Origin: an uncultured Thiomicrospira sp.
GTDB lineage: Bacteria; Pseudomonadota; Gammaproteobacteria; CAKMZV01
Reading direction: 5' to 3'
DNA length: 64,000 nucleotides
Assembly (NCBI GenBank): GCA_965195345.1
Contig: OZ239628.1
Location: forward strand, 1,152,001-1,216,000
The position numbers were made by a program, and so were the translations under genes. Below, in pieces: positions 26,273-37,232 of this stretch. The notes below the pieces were generated by a model, which saw nothing but the letters and a program-made list of their open reading frames with translations, was not told where the DNA came from and did not search any database. Within the stretch, counting starts at the first letter, position 1. Each line of letters opens with the position of its first letter.

Positions 26273-27003
26273 CAAGATTAAGCAAAGGATTCTCTTTGAT
26301 CGAAATTGCGCTGGTGTTGTTGATTATTGCTATTTTGATAAACAATGTAGGCATCCCCTTGCATCAAAGGGAGGCGCAAGAGAAATTCAGATCGGCAGAG
26401 CGTCAATTGACTCATTTAGGGAGTGTTATAAATGCGTTCGTAGCATCTCAAGGGCGTTTGCCCTGCCCTGCAAGCGCTTCAAGCAATGGTAATGAGACTT
26501 TTGATGGTGATCGTTGTTTAATAAGCAATGGCTTTGTGCCTGCAACGACCCTTGGTTTGGCTGGAAAAAGAAATGCAGATGGGCTGTTGCTTGATCAATG
26601 GAATCAACCCGTGCGTTATCATGTAAGTAAGGCAAGCGAATGGTTGTGGTTTTCATTGAATGATATGAAGAATTTAAAGGATCTTTCCACGTTGACGGGA
26701 GATCTTAAGGTATGCTCTGAGGATTGCGATATAAGCAACGTCTCATTATTTACCAATAGTGCGCCCTATGTACTTTTATCATTAGGGGAGTATGTTAGAC
26801 CTAGAGGGGCTTTGGAGATTGAAAATGCTGGAGAATCGGTGATTCAAGGGAATGGGGATTATGGTATTAATGCCAATGAATATTTTGTGTATACAGAGCA
26901 CAAGCCCCAAACAGAAAGAAATGCAGGGTTTGACGATTTACTACATTGGGAGTCCAGATATGTTTTGCAAAGGATATTGTTGGATTCTGGGTTTTTGCAA
27001 TAG
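26266..27003 (+). CDS. Prepilin-type N-terminal cleavage/methylation protein
   Basis: KG|FSLIEIALVLLIIAIL; GRLPCPA, LDQWNQP, FDDLLHW. Confidence 0.9.
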   Translation: MLTRLSKGFSLIEIALVLLIIAILINNVGIPLHQREAQEKFRSAERQLTHLGSVINAFVASQGRLPCPASASSNGNETFDGDRCLISNGFVPATTLGLAGKRNADGLLLDQWNQPVRYHVSKASEWLWFSLNDMKNLKDLSTLTGDLKVCSEDCDISNVSLFTNSAPYVLLSLGEYVRPRGALEIENAGESVIQGNGDYGINANEYFVYTEHKPQTERNAGFDDLLHWESRYVLQRILLDSGFLQ

Positions 27004-27189
27004 TAGTGCGCTAATCTGTTGATTTTATTTAAAATCGCAGTTTCATACAGAATGAACACTAATGCCGTGATAAATAACTACACTGTCGTTTGCAGTATAA
27101 GAGTACTTTTTGTGTGATATCACGTTTTTTAATGGTTAAAATAGTGGTTAAATCTATTTCACACATTTTAAATACCATCAAACACTTTT

Positions 27190-29412
27190 ATGAAAACTAA
27201 TAAAACATTAGATGCTCAAGCCATAGAGTATCATCGGATTGCCCCAGCTGGGAAACTTGAAATTCGTGCGACAAAGCCAATGGGAAATAGACACGATCTG
27301 AGTCTTGCCTACTCTCCAGGTGTTGCTGCAGCATGTGAACTCATTGCGAAAGATGCCGAGCAGGCATATACGATGACAACGAAAGGAAATTTAGTTGGTA
27401 TTATCTCTAATGGCACGGCTGTTTTAGGCTTAGGCAATATTGGTGCATTAGCTTCAAAGCCTGTTATGGAGGGAAAAGCGGTTCTTTTTAAACGTTTCGG
27501 AGATATTAACGCATTTGATTTAGAAGTTGACGAAACGGATGTTGACCGCTTTTGCCAAGTTGTTTCATCTCTTGAACCTACTTTTGGCGGTATAAATCTT
27601 GAGGACATAAAAGCACCTGAATGCTTTGAAATAGAGAAGAAACTTCAAGAGATCATGAATATCCCCGTTTTTCATGACGATCAACACGGTACAGCTATTA
27701 CAGCTTCTGCGGCACTTATCAACGGTTTAGATCTAGCAAACAAGGAAATAGCTAAGGTACGCATTGTTTGCAATGGTGCCGGAGCGGCAGGTCTCGCATG
27801 CCTCAATATGTTTATCGCTTTGGGAGCTCGTGTGGAAAATATTACTCTGTGCGACTCTAGAGGAGTTGTCTATAAAAATCGTGAACATGGCATTAATAAA
27901 TATAAGAGTAAATTTGCTAATGAAACAGAATACAGAACCCTTGCAGATGCAATGGTTGGAGCCGATGTATTTATTGGCGTATCTAAGCCAAATACGGTTA
28001 CTAAGGACATGGTGCGCTCAATGGCTGATACGCCGTTAGTGTTTGCAATGGCAAACCCAAATCCAGAAATTTTGCCAGAGGACGCAAAGGCTGCACGCCC
28101 TGACGTTATTTGTGCAACAGGTCGCTCTGATTTCCCAAATCAGGTCAACAATGTTTTGTGCTTTCCATTTATTTTTAGAGGGGCTTTAGATGTTGGAGCA
28201 CGATGCATTAATGATGAAATGAAGGTTGCGTGTGCACATGCAGTCGCTAAATTGGCTCGGTTAGAAACTGACGATGCTGTACAAAAAGCCTACGTTGGTG
28301 AAGATTTAAAGTTTGGCTCAGAAATGTTAATACCTAAGCCCTTTGATGGACGGTTGATGCTTTACGTGCCTCCTGCAGTCGCAAAGGCTGCCATGGATAG
28401 TGGCGTTGCCACAAGGCCGATAGAAGATTTCGATGCTTATAAAAGATCTTTAGAACGTTTAGTCTATAGGTCAGCTGGAGTTATGCAGCCTATATTTAAT
28501 GCGGCGTTGGGTGATCCTAAACGCTTAGTCATGAGTGATGGCGATAATTCAAAAGTATTACAAGCCATACAAATTGGAATTAATGAAGGCATTATTGTTC
28601 ACCCTACATTGATAGGAAATCGTAGTACCATCGAATGCAAGATGGCTGAATTTGGATTAAGATTTAAACTGGACGAAGAAGTATTAGTACTGGATACCGA
28701 ATCTGAGAAGTATCAGAACATGCTATCTGAATGTGAGTCAATGGGACTTGATCATCATGGTGTGGCAATGCTTTTATTGGAAAGGAATCAATGCGATGCG
28801 GTCATATCAGGGGTTGATGGCGATGTTAAGAATAATTTTCGTGCAATCCGTAGTATTATCGGTTTGAAAGATGGAAGTGAATATCTAAGTGGCACACATT
28901 GTGTACTAATCAATGAAGAGCCTGTTTTTCTTACTGATACGGTCTTTGCTGATTCACCCTGTCCTCAGCGACTATTAGATATAACTCGTCAAGGAGTGGA
29001 AGTCGTCAAAACATTTGGCTTAACTCCAAGAGTTGCAGTGCTATCACATTCAAATTTTGGTAGTTCCAATCTTGAATCTGCACAAAAAGCACACGAAACT
29101 GCTCAGTTGATACATTCAAATTTTCCAGAATTATCTTTCGATGGAGAAATGAGCGCTGAAGCTGCTTTAAATGAGGATATTAGAAATTATTTTAAGCATT
29201 CTAAAAACCTAACGAGTTTTGCTAATTTGCTCATAATGCCAAACTTGGATGCGGCTAGCATTGCATATCGCATGCTTAAGACGGTAAACGATTTCACAAT
29301 AGGACCAATTTTATCTGGCAGTGCAAAACCAGTGCATATAATGAATGGTACATCATCCATACGGAGTATATATAACATGATGGCCTATTCTGTTGCGCAA
29401 GCACAAAAATAA
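27190..29412 (+). CDS. maeB: NADP-dependent malic enzyme with PTA-like domain
   Basis: LSLAYSPGVA, INLEDIKAPECF, FHDDQHGTAI, NQVNNVLCFPFIFRGALD; C-terminal LSHSNFGSS. Confidence 0.95.
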   Translation: MKTNKTLDAQAIEYHRIAPAGKLEIRATKPMGNRHDLSLAYSPGVAAACELIAKDAEQAYTMTTKGNLVGIISNGTAVLGLGNIGALASKPVMEGKAVLFKRFGDINAFDLEVDETDVDRFCQVVSSLEPTFGGINLEDIKAPECFEIEKKLQEIMNIPVFHDDQHGTAITASAALINGLDLANKEIAKVRIVCNGAGAAGLACLNMFIALGARVENITLCDSRGVVYKNREHGINKYKSKFANETEYRTLADAMVGADVFIGVSKPNTVTKDMVRSMADTPLVFAMANPNPEILPEDAKAARPDVICATGRSDFPNQVNNVLCFPFIFRGALDVGARCINDEMKVACAHAVAKLARLETDDAVQKAYVGEDLKFGSEMLIPKPFDGRLMLYVPPAVAKAAMDSGVATRPIEDFDAYKRSLERLVYRSAGVMQPIFNAALGDPKRLVMSDGDNSKVLQAIQIGINEGIIVHPTLIGNRSTIECKMAEFGLRFKLDEEVLVLDTESEKYQNMLSECESMGLDHHGVAMLLLERNQCDAVISGVDGDVKNNFRAIRSIIGLKDGSEYLSGTHCVLINEEPVFLTDTVFADSPCPQRLLDITRQGVEVVKTFGLTPRVAVLSHSNFGSSNLESAQKAHETAQLIHSNFPELSFDGEMSAEAALNEDIRNYFKHSKNLTSFANLLIMPNLDAASIAYRMLKTVNDFTIGPILSGSAKPVHIMNGTSSIRSIYNMMAYSVAQAQK

Positions 29413-29464
29413 TTGAAAATCGTTGATTATCTTCTCCATGTCCTTCTTTTCTTAACAAAAGGCT

Positions 29465-29481
29465 TGCCGAATATTTCGGCA
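29465..29481. other. Inverted repeat downstream of maeB (possible hairpin)
   Basis: TGCCGAA-TAT-TTCGGCA; no clear U-tract. Confidence 0.4.
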
Positions 29482-29520
29482 GTGATATTGAACATACAAA
29501 ATTACTAAGTTCTAACAGCA

Positions 29521-29559
29521 TTTTCCACAGAGTTATCCACAGGAATAGAGTGTAAATAA
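29521..29559. promoter_or_regulatory. DnaA-box cluster
   Basis: TTTTCCACA (29521-29529), TTATCCACA (29533-29541), inverted near-match TGTAAATAA (29551-29559). Confidence 0.65.
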
Positions 29560-29895
29560 TTAGAAAAAATCATGAATGGAATTAATGAAAGGCATTGAAA
29601 TATAAGAAAATAAGCCATTTTTCCTATAAATCACTTTCATACATGGGCAGAATGTCATTGTTTAGTTATTAACAATGCTTCTAAACGATTGATTATTATG
29701 ATTCTCTTCGAAATGTAAGTACTTTTTGTCCATTCAAACTTTGAAAAAATAGGTCGTTTCAATTGATTATTTCTGTTCACTACGATTGTCTTTTTACTCA
29801 ACGCATTAAACAAGTTTATTAAAACAAAATCACTCAATAAAATGACTCCCTTAAGCAATGCCTTCTTCAAGAAGTGTTCAAGGTAGAATATCCAC

Positions 29896-31179
29896 ATGTT
29901 ATATGGTCTTGGAATTAGTCATGAAACCGCTCCGCTTAGCGCACGCGAGTGCGTTGTTATTTCTGAAGAAAATTTGAAGAAAAATCTTATTGAAATCTTT
30001 GATTTTCCAGAAGTTACAGGAATCGTTTTGCTTTCAACGTGTAATCGAACCGAAATCTATTGCGCTCTAAAAGAACCTAAATTTGATCAATTAAAAAATT
30101 GGCTACACTCATCGCACAATTTAACTAAAGATGCACTTGCCCCTTATTTATACCACCTTAAGGGTATTGATCTTGTACATCATGTTATGCGCGTTTCAGC
30201 GGGTCTAAATTCATTGATTTTAGGGGAGCCACAAATTCTTGGGCAAATGAAGAAAGCACATCAAACTGCACAGCAGGCTGGTACGATTGATGCACAGCTT
30301 GAAAAAATGTTTCAAAGTGCCTTTAGAGCGGCGAAATCAATACGTTCAGAAACAGAAATAGGTGCACATAGCGTTTCTATCGCTTACGCGGCTACACAGC
30401 TCTCACAAAAGATTTTTAATGACCTTTCATCCTGTACCGCCCTTCTTTCAGGTGCTGGAGAAACAATTGAACTGGTTGCTACACACTTAAAACAGCAAAA
30501 CATTGGCAGTATGATGTTCGCTAATCGCAGTATTGAAAATGCTCAAAAACTTGCTGAACGTTTTGATGGCTACGCAATTACGCTGGATAAAATACCACTT
30601 CATGCTTATAAAGCAGACGTTATTATCTCTTCGACGTCCTCGCCTATTCCAATTTTTAGCCACAAGATGATTGAATCTGCATTAAAGAAGCGCAATCATA
30701 GCCCGATTTTTTTAGCAGACCTTGCTGTTCCAAGAGATGTTGAGAGTAGCGTATCAGCATTAGCAGATGCGTATCTTTATACAGTGGATGATCTTAAAGA
30801 CATCATCCAAGAGAATTTAGAGCAAAGAAAGAAAGCCGCACGTGAAGCAGAAAAAATTATTGAGCAGCACGGTGGCGAGTTTATGCAATGGATTAATGAA
30901 AAATCGGTTGTCCCGTCTCTTTTGAAAATCAGAACACTGGCAGATGATTCAAAAACGGCTCTACTTGAGCAAGCTAAGAGGCAACTGAAGAATGGTCGTT
31001 CAACCGATGAAGTGATGGAACAACTGGCAAATCAATTAACTAATAAATTACTTCACCCTCCTACTATTGCTTTAAAAAAGGCATGTGAGACGAATGATAT
31101 AGATTTGGTTGAAACAATTGAAAAGATTTATTTAAATGACAAAAAATTTAAAAAGGATATCGAAGACGGCACAATATGA
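29896..31179 (+). CDS. hemA: Glutamyl-tRNA reductase
   Basis: [31 protein letters not shown]. Confidence 0.97.
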   Translation: MLYGLGISHETAPLSARECVVISEENLKKNLIEIFDFPEVTGIVLLSTCNRTEIYCALKEPKFDQLKNWLHSSHNLTKDALAPYLYHLKGIDLVHHVMRVSAGLNSLILGEPQILGQMKKAHQTAQQAGTIDAQLEKMFQSAFRAAKSIRSETEIGAHSVSIAYAATQLSQKIFNDLSSCTALLSGAGETIELVATHLKQQNIGSMMFANRSIENAQKLAERFDGYAITLDKIPLHAYKADVIISSTSSPIPIFSHKMIESALKKRNHSPIFLADLAVPRDVESSVSALADAYLYTVDDLKDIIQENLEQRKKAAREAEKIIEQHGGEFMQWINEKSVVPSLLKIRTLADDSKTALLEQAKRQLKNGRSTDEVMEQLANQLTNKLLHPPTIALKKACETNDIDLVETIEKIYLNDKKFKKDIEDGTI

Positions 31180-32261
31180 TAAAGGCAAACATACGAAATA
31201 AAATTCTAACATTGAATGATCGATTCGATGATTTAGAAAACAAGCTGTCTGATTCCTCCATTTTAAATGATCATGCGCTTTTGCGTCAATATTCACAAGA
31301 ACGCTCCTCTTTAAGTAGCATAATTGAAGCTTGGCAGAGTTATTTGCAAACAGAAATTGATATTGAAGAAACTCATACCCTATTAGATGACCCTGAAATG
31401 GAAGAAATGGCGCAAGGGGAGATTAACAGTCTGAAGCAAAAGTTGAGTGAACTAACTACGCAGATTAATACACTGCTTCTGCCTAAAAATCCACACGATG
31501 ACAATAACATTTTGCTTGAAATTCGTGCGGGAACTGGGGGCAATGAAGCATCTATATTTGTTGGGGACTTATTGCGTATGTATTCTCGATACGCAGAGCA
31601 AAAACGCTGGAAAATTGAAATACTTAGCGTAAGTGAAGGAGAAGTTGGCGGTTATAAAGAAGTTATTACACGTGTTATTGGCAAAGGCGCCTATTCGCGC
31701 TTAAAGTTTGAATCGGGTGCGCATCGAGTGCAACGTGTACCAACAACGGAATCACAAGGACGTATCCATACATCAGCTTGCACCGTAGCAGTAATGGCTG
31801 AACCCGATGATTTCGAAGAGATTGAAATAGATACAAAAGACTTACGTATAGATACCTTTAGAGCTTCTGGTGCAGGTGGACAGCATGTTAATAAAACCGA
31901 TTCCGCTATTCGAATAACTCACCTTCCAAGTGGTATAGTTGTTGAATGCCAGCAAGGGCGTTCTCAGCACCAAAATAAAGCGCATGCATTGACTATTCTT
32001 CAAGCGCGTTTGGCGGATGAACAACAACGTCAAGTAGTGACAAAACAGACGGAAGAACGTAAATCACTCGTTGGCTCTGGCGATCGTTCAGAACGTATTC
32101 GAACTTATAATTTTCCGCAAGGAAGGGTTACTGATCACCGTATAAATTTAACAGAATACAAATTACTGCAAGTTATGGAGGGGAGCTTAGATGTTATTGT
32201 TGAACCGTTAATTCTTGAATATCAAGTGGAGTTAATGGCGCAAACGCACTCTGACTTTTGA
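31176..32261 (+). CDS. prfA: Peptide chain release factor 1
   Basis: [16 protein letters not shown] recognition loop, [11 protein letters not shown]. Confidence 0.97.
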   Translation: MIKANIRNKILTLNDRFDDLENKLSDSSILNDHALLRQYSQERSSLSSIIEAWQSYLQTEIDIEETHTLLDDPEMEEMAQGEINSLKQKLSELTTQINTLLLPKNPHDDNNILLEIRAGTGGNEASIFVGDLLRMYSRYAEQKRWKIEILSVSEGEVGGYKEVITRVIGKGAYSRLKFESGAHRVQRVPTTESQGRIHTSACTVAVMAEPDDFEEIEIDTKDLRIDTFRASGAGGQHVNKTDSAIRITHLPSGIVVECQQGRSQHQNKAHALTILQARLADEQQRQVVTKQTEERKSLVGSGDRSERIRTYNFPQGRVTDHRINLTEYKLLQVMEGSLDVIVEPLILEYQVELMAQTHSDF

Positions 32262-33259
32262 AATTTTTTGTTACTCTAGTACTTTCAGTACTTTTCATCT
32301 ATTCTCTCACAGGATGTGAAAAACCCGGCAGCTTGAATAAATTCAAGCTCTATTCTTTTGGAACGGAAATTGAAATCGTATACTTTGCTCCAAAAGGCAA
32401 ACACGCTTTAATTGATCAATCTCTTAAAGCCCGCTTTGATCAATTACATTACGATTGGCATGCTTGGGAGCAAGGTGGCATTTTAAGTAAAATCAACACT
32501 GCTTTGTCTCAAGGAGAATTTATAGAAGTTGATCAAAGAGTACTTGAAGTCATCATTAAAGCGCGTTCCTTGAGTGCTTTATCTAAACAATATTTTAATC
32601 CAGTGATTGGTAATCTTATCGCGGCTTGGGGGTTTCAGAGTAACATTATTGAAGACAGAGCACCACCATTTAACGCTATTGAACGATATTTGAAAAACCC
32701 AGCAAAAATAGAACAATTGCATATTAAAGGGAATCGACTGTCTAGTACTAATCCGCAATTGAAAATTGATTTGGGTGGTATTGCCAAAGGCTATGCTGCT
32801 GATTTAATTTCGAATATCTTACGCACTAACAATGTCGACAATGCCATTATAAATTTAGGCGGTGACGTTAAGGTTCTGGGGCAGTACCAAAATCGCGCAT
32901 GGAAAATTGGAATTACCAACCCAATAAAGCCTGAAGAGGCAGCGATCACGGTTGGGCTATGCCCTAATCAAGCGATATTCAGTTCAGGGACTTATGAGCG
33001 ATTTTTTGAATGGGAAGGAAAAAATTATCATCATATCCTTAACCCTAAGAGTGGATTTCCTGAATATACATGGGTCTCAGCAAGTGTCATTCATGATGAC
33101 GCTGTCGTAGCTGATGTGGCTGCTACTGCTCTAATTGCTGCAGGAGATCGTTGGGAAGAAGTTATTGACTCCATGGATCTCAAATATGTGTATTTGATTG
33201 ACTACGACGGGAATGTTCGTACAACATCTGATTGGAATAATCGACGTTGTTTTGATTAG
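32258..33259 (+). CDS. apbE: FAD:protein FMN transferase lipoprotein
   Basis: Lipobox LTGC; [32 protein letters not shown]. Confidence 0.9.
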   Translation: MKFFVTLVLSVLFIYSLTGCEKPGSLNKFKLYSFGTEIEIVYFAPKGKHALIDQSLKARFDQLHYDWHAWEQGGILSKINTALSQGEFIEVDQRVLEVIIKARSLSALSKQYFNPVIGNLIAAWGFQSNIIEDRAPPFNAIERYLKNPAKIEQLHIKGNRLSSTNPQLKIDLGGIAKGYAADLISNILRTNNVDNAIINLGGDVKVLGQYQNRAWKIGITNPIKPEEAAITVGLCPNQAIFSSGTYERFFEWEGKNYHHILNPKSGFPEYTWVSASVIHDDAVVADVAATALIAAGDRWEEVIDSMDLKYVYLIDYDGNVRTTSDWNNRRCFD

Positions 33260-33613
33260 TGAGCAAGAATACAAAAAATGTTTCATTTTTTTCAAGTAGA
33301 TTGACAATACGATGCCTTAGAGAACCTTCTATTTCGGCTGTAAAGCACGGAATAATACAGACGTAAATCAAGTTTAGTATTGTCACTATGTATATATAGA
33401 ACGAGTTGCACCCATAATTTCAGTATGATGGAAAAAGGCGTTGCATAATCTTACCTTTGGCATTGGATGCATACAATAAATCGCTTGAAAATGGATGGAT
33501 AGACCCAGTGCTTGGAGAAATGAAGATAATTATGCTTCAAAGTCCTGCAAAACATACTCATTTCCAAGATAATACGTTTCCCAATTAACCTTAAACAACA
33601 ATAAAGTTTTAAT

Positions 33614-33850
33614 ATGTCAAAAGTTTGCCAAGTAACTGGAAAGCGCCCTATGGCTGGTAATAACGTATCACACTCTCATCGTAAGACGAGACGTCGATTC
33701 ATGCCTAATCTACATACGCATCGCTTTTGGGTTGAAAGTGAAAATCGGTGGGTTAAATTAAAAACCTCCACAAAAGGTATGCGAATGATTGACAAGCTTG
33801 GTATTGATGAAGTGCTGAAAGATATTCGTAAGCGTGGAGAGAAAGTATAA
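33614..33850 (+). CDS. rpmB: 50S ribosomal protein L28
   Basis: [25 protein letters not shown]. Confidence 0.98.
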   Translation: MSKVCQVTGKRPMAGNNVSHSHRKTRRRFMPNLHTHRFWVESENRWVKLKTSTKGMRMIDKLGIDEVLKDIRKRGEKV

Positions 33851-33903
33851 CTATCAAGTACACAATATTAAGTACAAAGAAATAATGAATATAGGTAACC
33901 CGA

Positions 33904-34062
33904 ATGCGTGAAAAAATAAAGTTGGAATCTTCTGCTAAAACTGGACATTTTTATACTACCGTTAAAAGCAAGAGAAATACTCCTGACAAGCTATCCATTA
34001 AAAAATTTGATCCTGTAGTGCGCAAGCACGTCATATATAAAGAAACAAAGATAAAGTCTTAG
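33904..34062 (+). CDS. rpmG: 50S ribosomal protein L33 (not in ORF track)
   Basis: [19 protein letters not shown]...[15 protein letters not shown], 52 aa. Confidence 0.97.
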   Translation: MREKIKLESSAKTGHFYTTVKSKRNTPDKLSIKKFDPVVRKHVIYKETKIKS

Positions 34063-34101
34063 TTTAGTCTTAATTTTTTTGTTTTCTTAGTCCTGTAAAA
34101 A

Positions 34102-34914
34102 GTGCCTGAGCTACCTGAAGTAGAAGTCACATTACAAGGCCTTCAGCCTCATATAGAGAAAAGTACGCTCAATGAGGTCGTCATAAGAACGCATAAACTG
34201 CGTTATCTAATCCCTGATAATTTAAAAACCACTCTTACTAATCAGCAATTAACATCGATAAAAAGACGTGGTAAATATTTAATATTTTCTTTTGAAAAAT
34301 CTCAATGCATAGTGCATTTAGGCATGTCTGGCAGTCTTCGCATCGTTGAGAAAAAATCTGAATGGCGCAAACATGATCATTGGCATTGGCAGTTTGAATC
34401 TGCTGGAATACGCTATCATGACCCAAGACGATTTGGCTTTTTAACATGGCTAGAAGACCGTACTGAAAGTATAAGGAAAATGGGCGTAGAACCATTGGAA
34501 AAAACTTTTACCGGTCATTTTCTGTACGAAGTTTGCAAAAACAGCAAACGCGCTATTAAATCATTGATAATGGACCAAAAAATAATTGTAGGTGTTGGTA
34601 ATATTTATGCCAATGAAGTGCTTTTTCTATCAAAAATTCACCCATCTCAAAAAGCTTGTATGATTAGTAAAGAAAAATGTATAAGTTTGTGCGTGAACTT
34701 ACAAAACACCCTTCGTACTGCTATAAAGGTTGGTGGTAGCACTCTTAAAGATTTCGTTAATCCAGATGGCACGCATGGTTATTTCTCCCAAAAAATTCAT
34801 GTATATGCACTATGCGGAGAGTCCTGCACGTTTTGTAAGAGCAAAATCGAACGAATAATAATAGGTAATCGATCAACTTTTTTCTGTCCAAATTGTCAAA
34901 AAATTCACTCATAA
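34102..34914 (+). CDS. mutM: Formamidopyrimidine-DNA glycosylase
   Basis: MPELPEVE, HLGMSG, GVGNIYANE, C-terminal zinc finger. Confidence 0.97.
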   Translation: MPELPEVEVTLQGLQPHIEKSTLNEVVIRTHKLRYLIPDNLKTTLTNQQLTSIKRRGKYLIFSFEKSQCIVHLGMSGSLRIVEKKSEWRKHDHWHWQFESAGIRYHDPRRFGFLTWLEDRTESIRKMGVEPLEKTFTGHFLYEVCKNSKRAIKSLIMDQKIIVGVGNIYANEVLFLSKIHPSQKACMISKEKCISLCVNLQNTLRTAIKVGGSTLKDFVNPDGTHGYFSQKIHVYALCGESCTFCKSKIERIIIGNRSTFFCPNCQKIHS

Positions 34915-35126
34915 AAAGCGACTGGGAAAATGAACGTTAGAAACATAATTTACCATATAATGAATTGTATGTATCATGTGTTAAAAGCATTTTCCTCATC
35001 TATCAATACCTTTTACGAAAAATTATCCATGAGTAAAGTTCGGATGCGCATTTAAGCACTTTAAAATTAACGAGAACCCTTAAGAAAACCCTAATGAATT
35101 CAGGCATTGCTTGTTTCTAACAATTT

Positions 35127-35930
35127 TTGAGCCCAATAATGACTAAAAAAATTATTTCATTTATATTATTTTTTCCTAGACTGACTTTATTTAAAGTATT
35201 TAACGTCAGTCTCTTATGCTTGTTCTCTTCTTTTTCAAATGCCGATGCTGAGTTGAAGCCTGGAATGCTATTCGATGGCGTAGATATTAATGTCGGCGTA
35301 GAAGCTGGTGGTTACATTGCTTCTGGTCCTGAAGATGTTTCATGGGTAAATGCTCGCATTCATTTAGACACTACAAGAGGTGCATTATTCAATCGGAATA
35401 TAATTTCTACTGCCTATGGCAAATTATCAGGTCAAGAAATTTTCCGTTTTGATGTGCGCGGTTATACAAATTATGCGCTTTCGGATAACTGGAGTATTAC
35501 TAATAACAGACGTAGTAGAGATACTTGTCAAAATTCAGAATGTTCGACCGATTTTACCATTAGCTTAGGCGGTAGTTATTTTTCAAAGGATTCTACGTTT
35601 GACATACAACAGTACGTTGGTTTGGGTTATCAAAATTTACAATATGACGCTGCTCCAGGTCGCAATGAATTAGATGAGGAACGTTTTGTACTGGATTTGT
35701 TTAATGCACTCGATATTTATATTGAACCAGACTTTTTTATTGAGCAAACTTTCAATATTGAATTCAATTTCGTAAATGTTTATTGGCTTTATTCAGTATC
35801 ACCTACGTACCGTGTTACTGATTTAGTTGCTGTCAAAACGACATTAGAATACCATTTTTATTCTGAACGTCCAGTAAATATAGAAGGTAGCGAAGTGCTG
35901 ACTAGTTTTTCTGTGGTTGTTTTTTTCTAA
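35127..35930 (+). CDS. Putative outer-membrane beta-barrel protein (DUF481-like)
   Basis: Signal peptide, amphipathic beta-strands, terminal Phe. Start uncertain. Confidence 0.55.
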   Translation: MSPIMTKKIISFILFFPRLTLFKVFNVSLLCLFSSFSNADAELKPGMLFDGVDINVGVEAGGYIASGPEDVSWVNARIHLDTTRGALFNRNIISTAYGKLSGQEIFRFDVRGYTNYALSDNWSITNNRRSRDTCQNSECSTDFTISLGGSYFSKDSTFDIQQYVGLGYQNLQYDAAPGRNELDEERFVLDLFNALDIYIEPDFFIEQTFNIEFNFVNVYWLYSVSPTYRVTDLVAVKTTLEYHFYSERPVNIEGSEVLTSFSVVVFF

Positions 35931-35936
35931 TTCTAA

Positions 35937-37232
35937 TTACCTAACACGCACGCACGCTGCAATGTCGTTTACGTGTGCTTTGACTTCTGATAGGACAAGC
36001 CCTTCAACCATCACTCGGATTAAAGGTTGCGTTCCAGACGCTCGTACTAGTACCCTGCCCGATGCTCCCAGTTCTTGTTCAACCTGAGAAATTTTATTCT
36101 TCAATGTGGTGTTTTCTAATATGTTGTTTGCGTTTGATTTTACTCTAATGTTGAGTAAAACTTGCGGCGCAGGTATGTACTCTGCCAGCAATTCGAGCAA
36201 TGGTTTCTTTTCTTGAAACATAATATTCATGATTAAAATGGCAGCAAGTATTCCATCGCCAGTAGGGTTTATTTTCTGAGCGATTACATGTCCTGAGGGT
36301 TCGGCTCCAAAAAACCAGCCTTCTTGTTCTAGCGCGTAAGCTACATATTTATCGCCTACATCCGTTCGTAAAAACTTCTTATTCATCGAAACAATTGCCA
36401 TTTCCAATGCGACGTTGCTCATAAGAGTGCCTACAACTCCTGGAGTATCCGAATATTTTGCCAGCAGGTATAAAATAGCATCGCCGTCGACAATCCCCCC
36501 CTGCTCATCAATTAAGTGCAGACGATCTGCATCGCCGTCCAATACAATCCCTATCTCCGATTTTGATTCGAGCAGTTTATTCTGTGCAGTCTCTAAAAAA
36601 GTTGCTCCACATTCTTCATTGATATTACGTCCATTAGGTGTCGTTGCAACTTCAGTGATCTGATAATGCTCAAATACTTTGCAGGCTGTAATCGAAGCTG
36701 CACCGTTAGCAGCATCAATCAATACGGACTTACACGGCATTCCTTGCATCTGCTTTTTTAAAAAATCACAATACATGGAATCGTCATCGTTCTGAGTGAT
36801 CTCTTCACTAGGAATTGAAGTCAGCTTATCGATGGTTGATTGATTGATTAGTGCTTCGAGTCGTTTTTCTTGCGTGGCGTTGAGCTTTATTCCATCCCTA
36901 AAGCATTTTATTCCATTATCGTGCCATGGATTGTGCGATGCACTAATCATCACGCCTAAACCAATTCCTTTTTGGCGCATAGAATAAGCAAGACCTGGGG
37001 TAGGAATAACTCCAAAATTTATAGTGTGAACGCCAAACTTAGAAAAAACAGCGTTAAGTATTTTGCTAATGACAATTGAGGATTCGCGTGTATCCATCCC
37101 TATAGCAATCGAAGTATTTTCTTCCGTTGCAAAGCAAGATAGGCCTACTGCGATTTGCTTAATTCCTTCGCTATTAAGGGGAAAATCTCCCCAACAACCA
37201 CGAACACCATCTGTCCCAAAAACAATTGTCAA
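35937..37232 (-). CDS. glmM: Phosphoglucosamine mutase
   Basis: FGTDGVRG, ISASHNP, DGDADR, RASGTQPLIRVMVE. Confidence 0.95.
   Translation of the reverse strand: MTIVFGTDGVRGCWGDFPLNSEGIKQIAVGLSCFATEENTSIAIGMDTRESSIVISKILNAVFSKFGVHTINFGVIPTPGLAYSMRQKGIGLGVMISASHNPWHDNGIKCFRDGIKLNATQEKRLEALINQSTIDKLTSIPSEEITQNDDDSMYCDFLKKQMQGMPCKSVLIDAANGAASITACKVFEHYQITEVATTPNGRNINEECGATFLETAQNKLLESKSEIGIVLDGDADRLHLIDEQGGIVDGDAILYLLAKYSDTPGVVGTLMSNVALEMAIVSMNKKFLRTDVGDKYVAYALEQEGWFFGAEPSGHVIAQKINPTGDGILAAILIMNIMFQEKKPLLELLAEYIPAPQVLLNIRVKSNANNILENTTLKNKISQVEQELGASGRVLVRASGTQPLIRVMVEGLVLSEVKAHVNDIAACVRVR

Noticed and set aside
27114-27123. Palindrome GTGATATCAC upstream of maeB
   Set aside because: Too short, and spacing does not fit CRP/FNR sites; cannot be distinguished from chance.
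33260-33613. radC remnant upstream of rpmB
   Set aside because: No HNHPSG-like motif or convincing frame seen.
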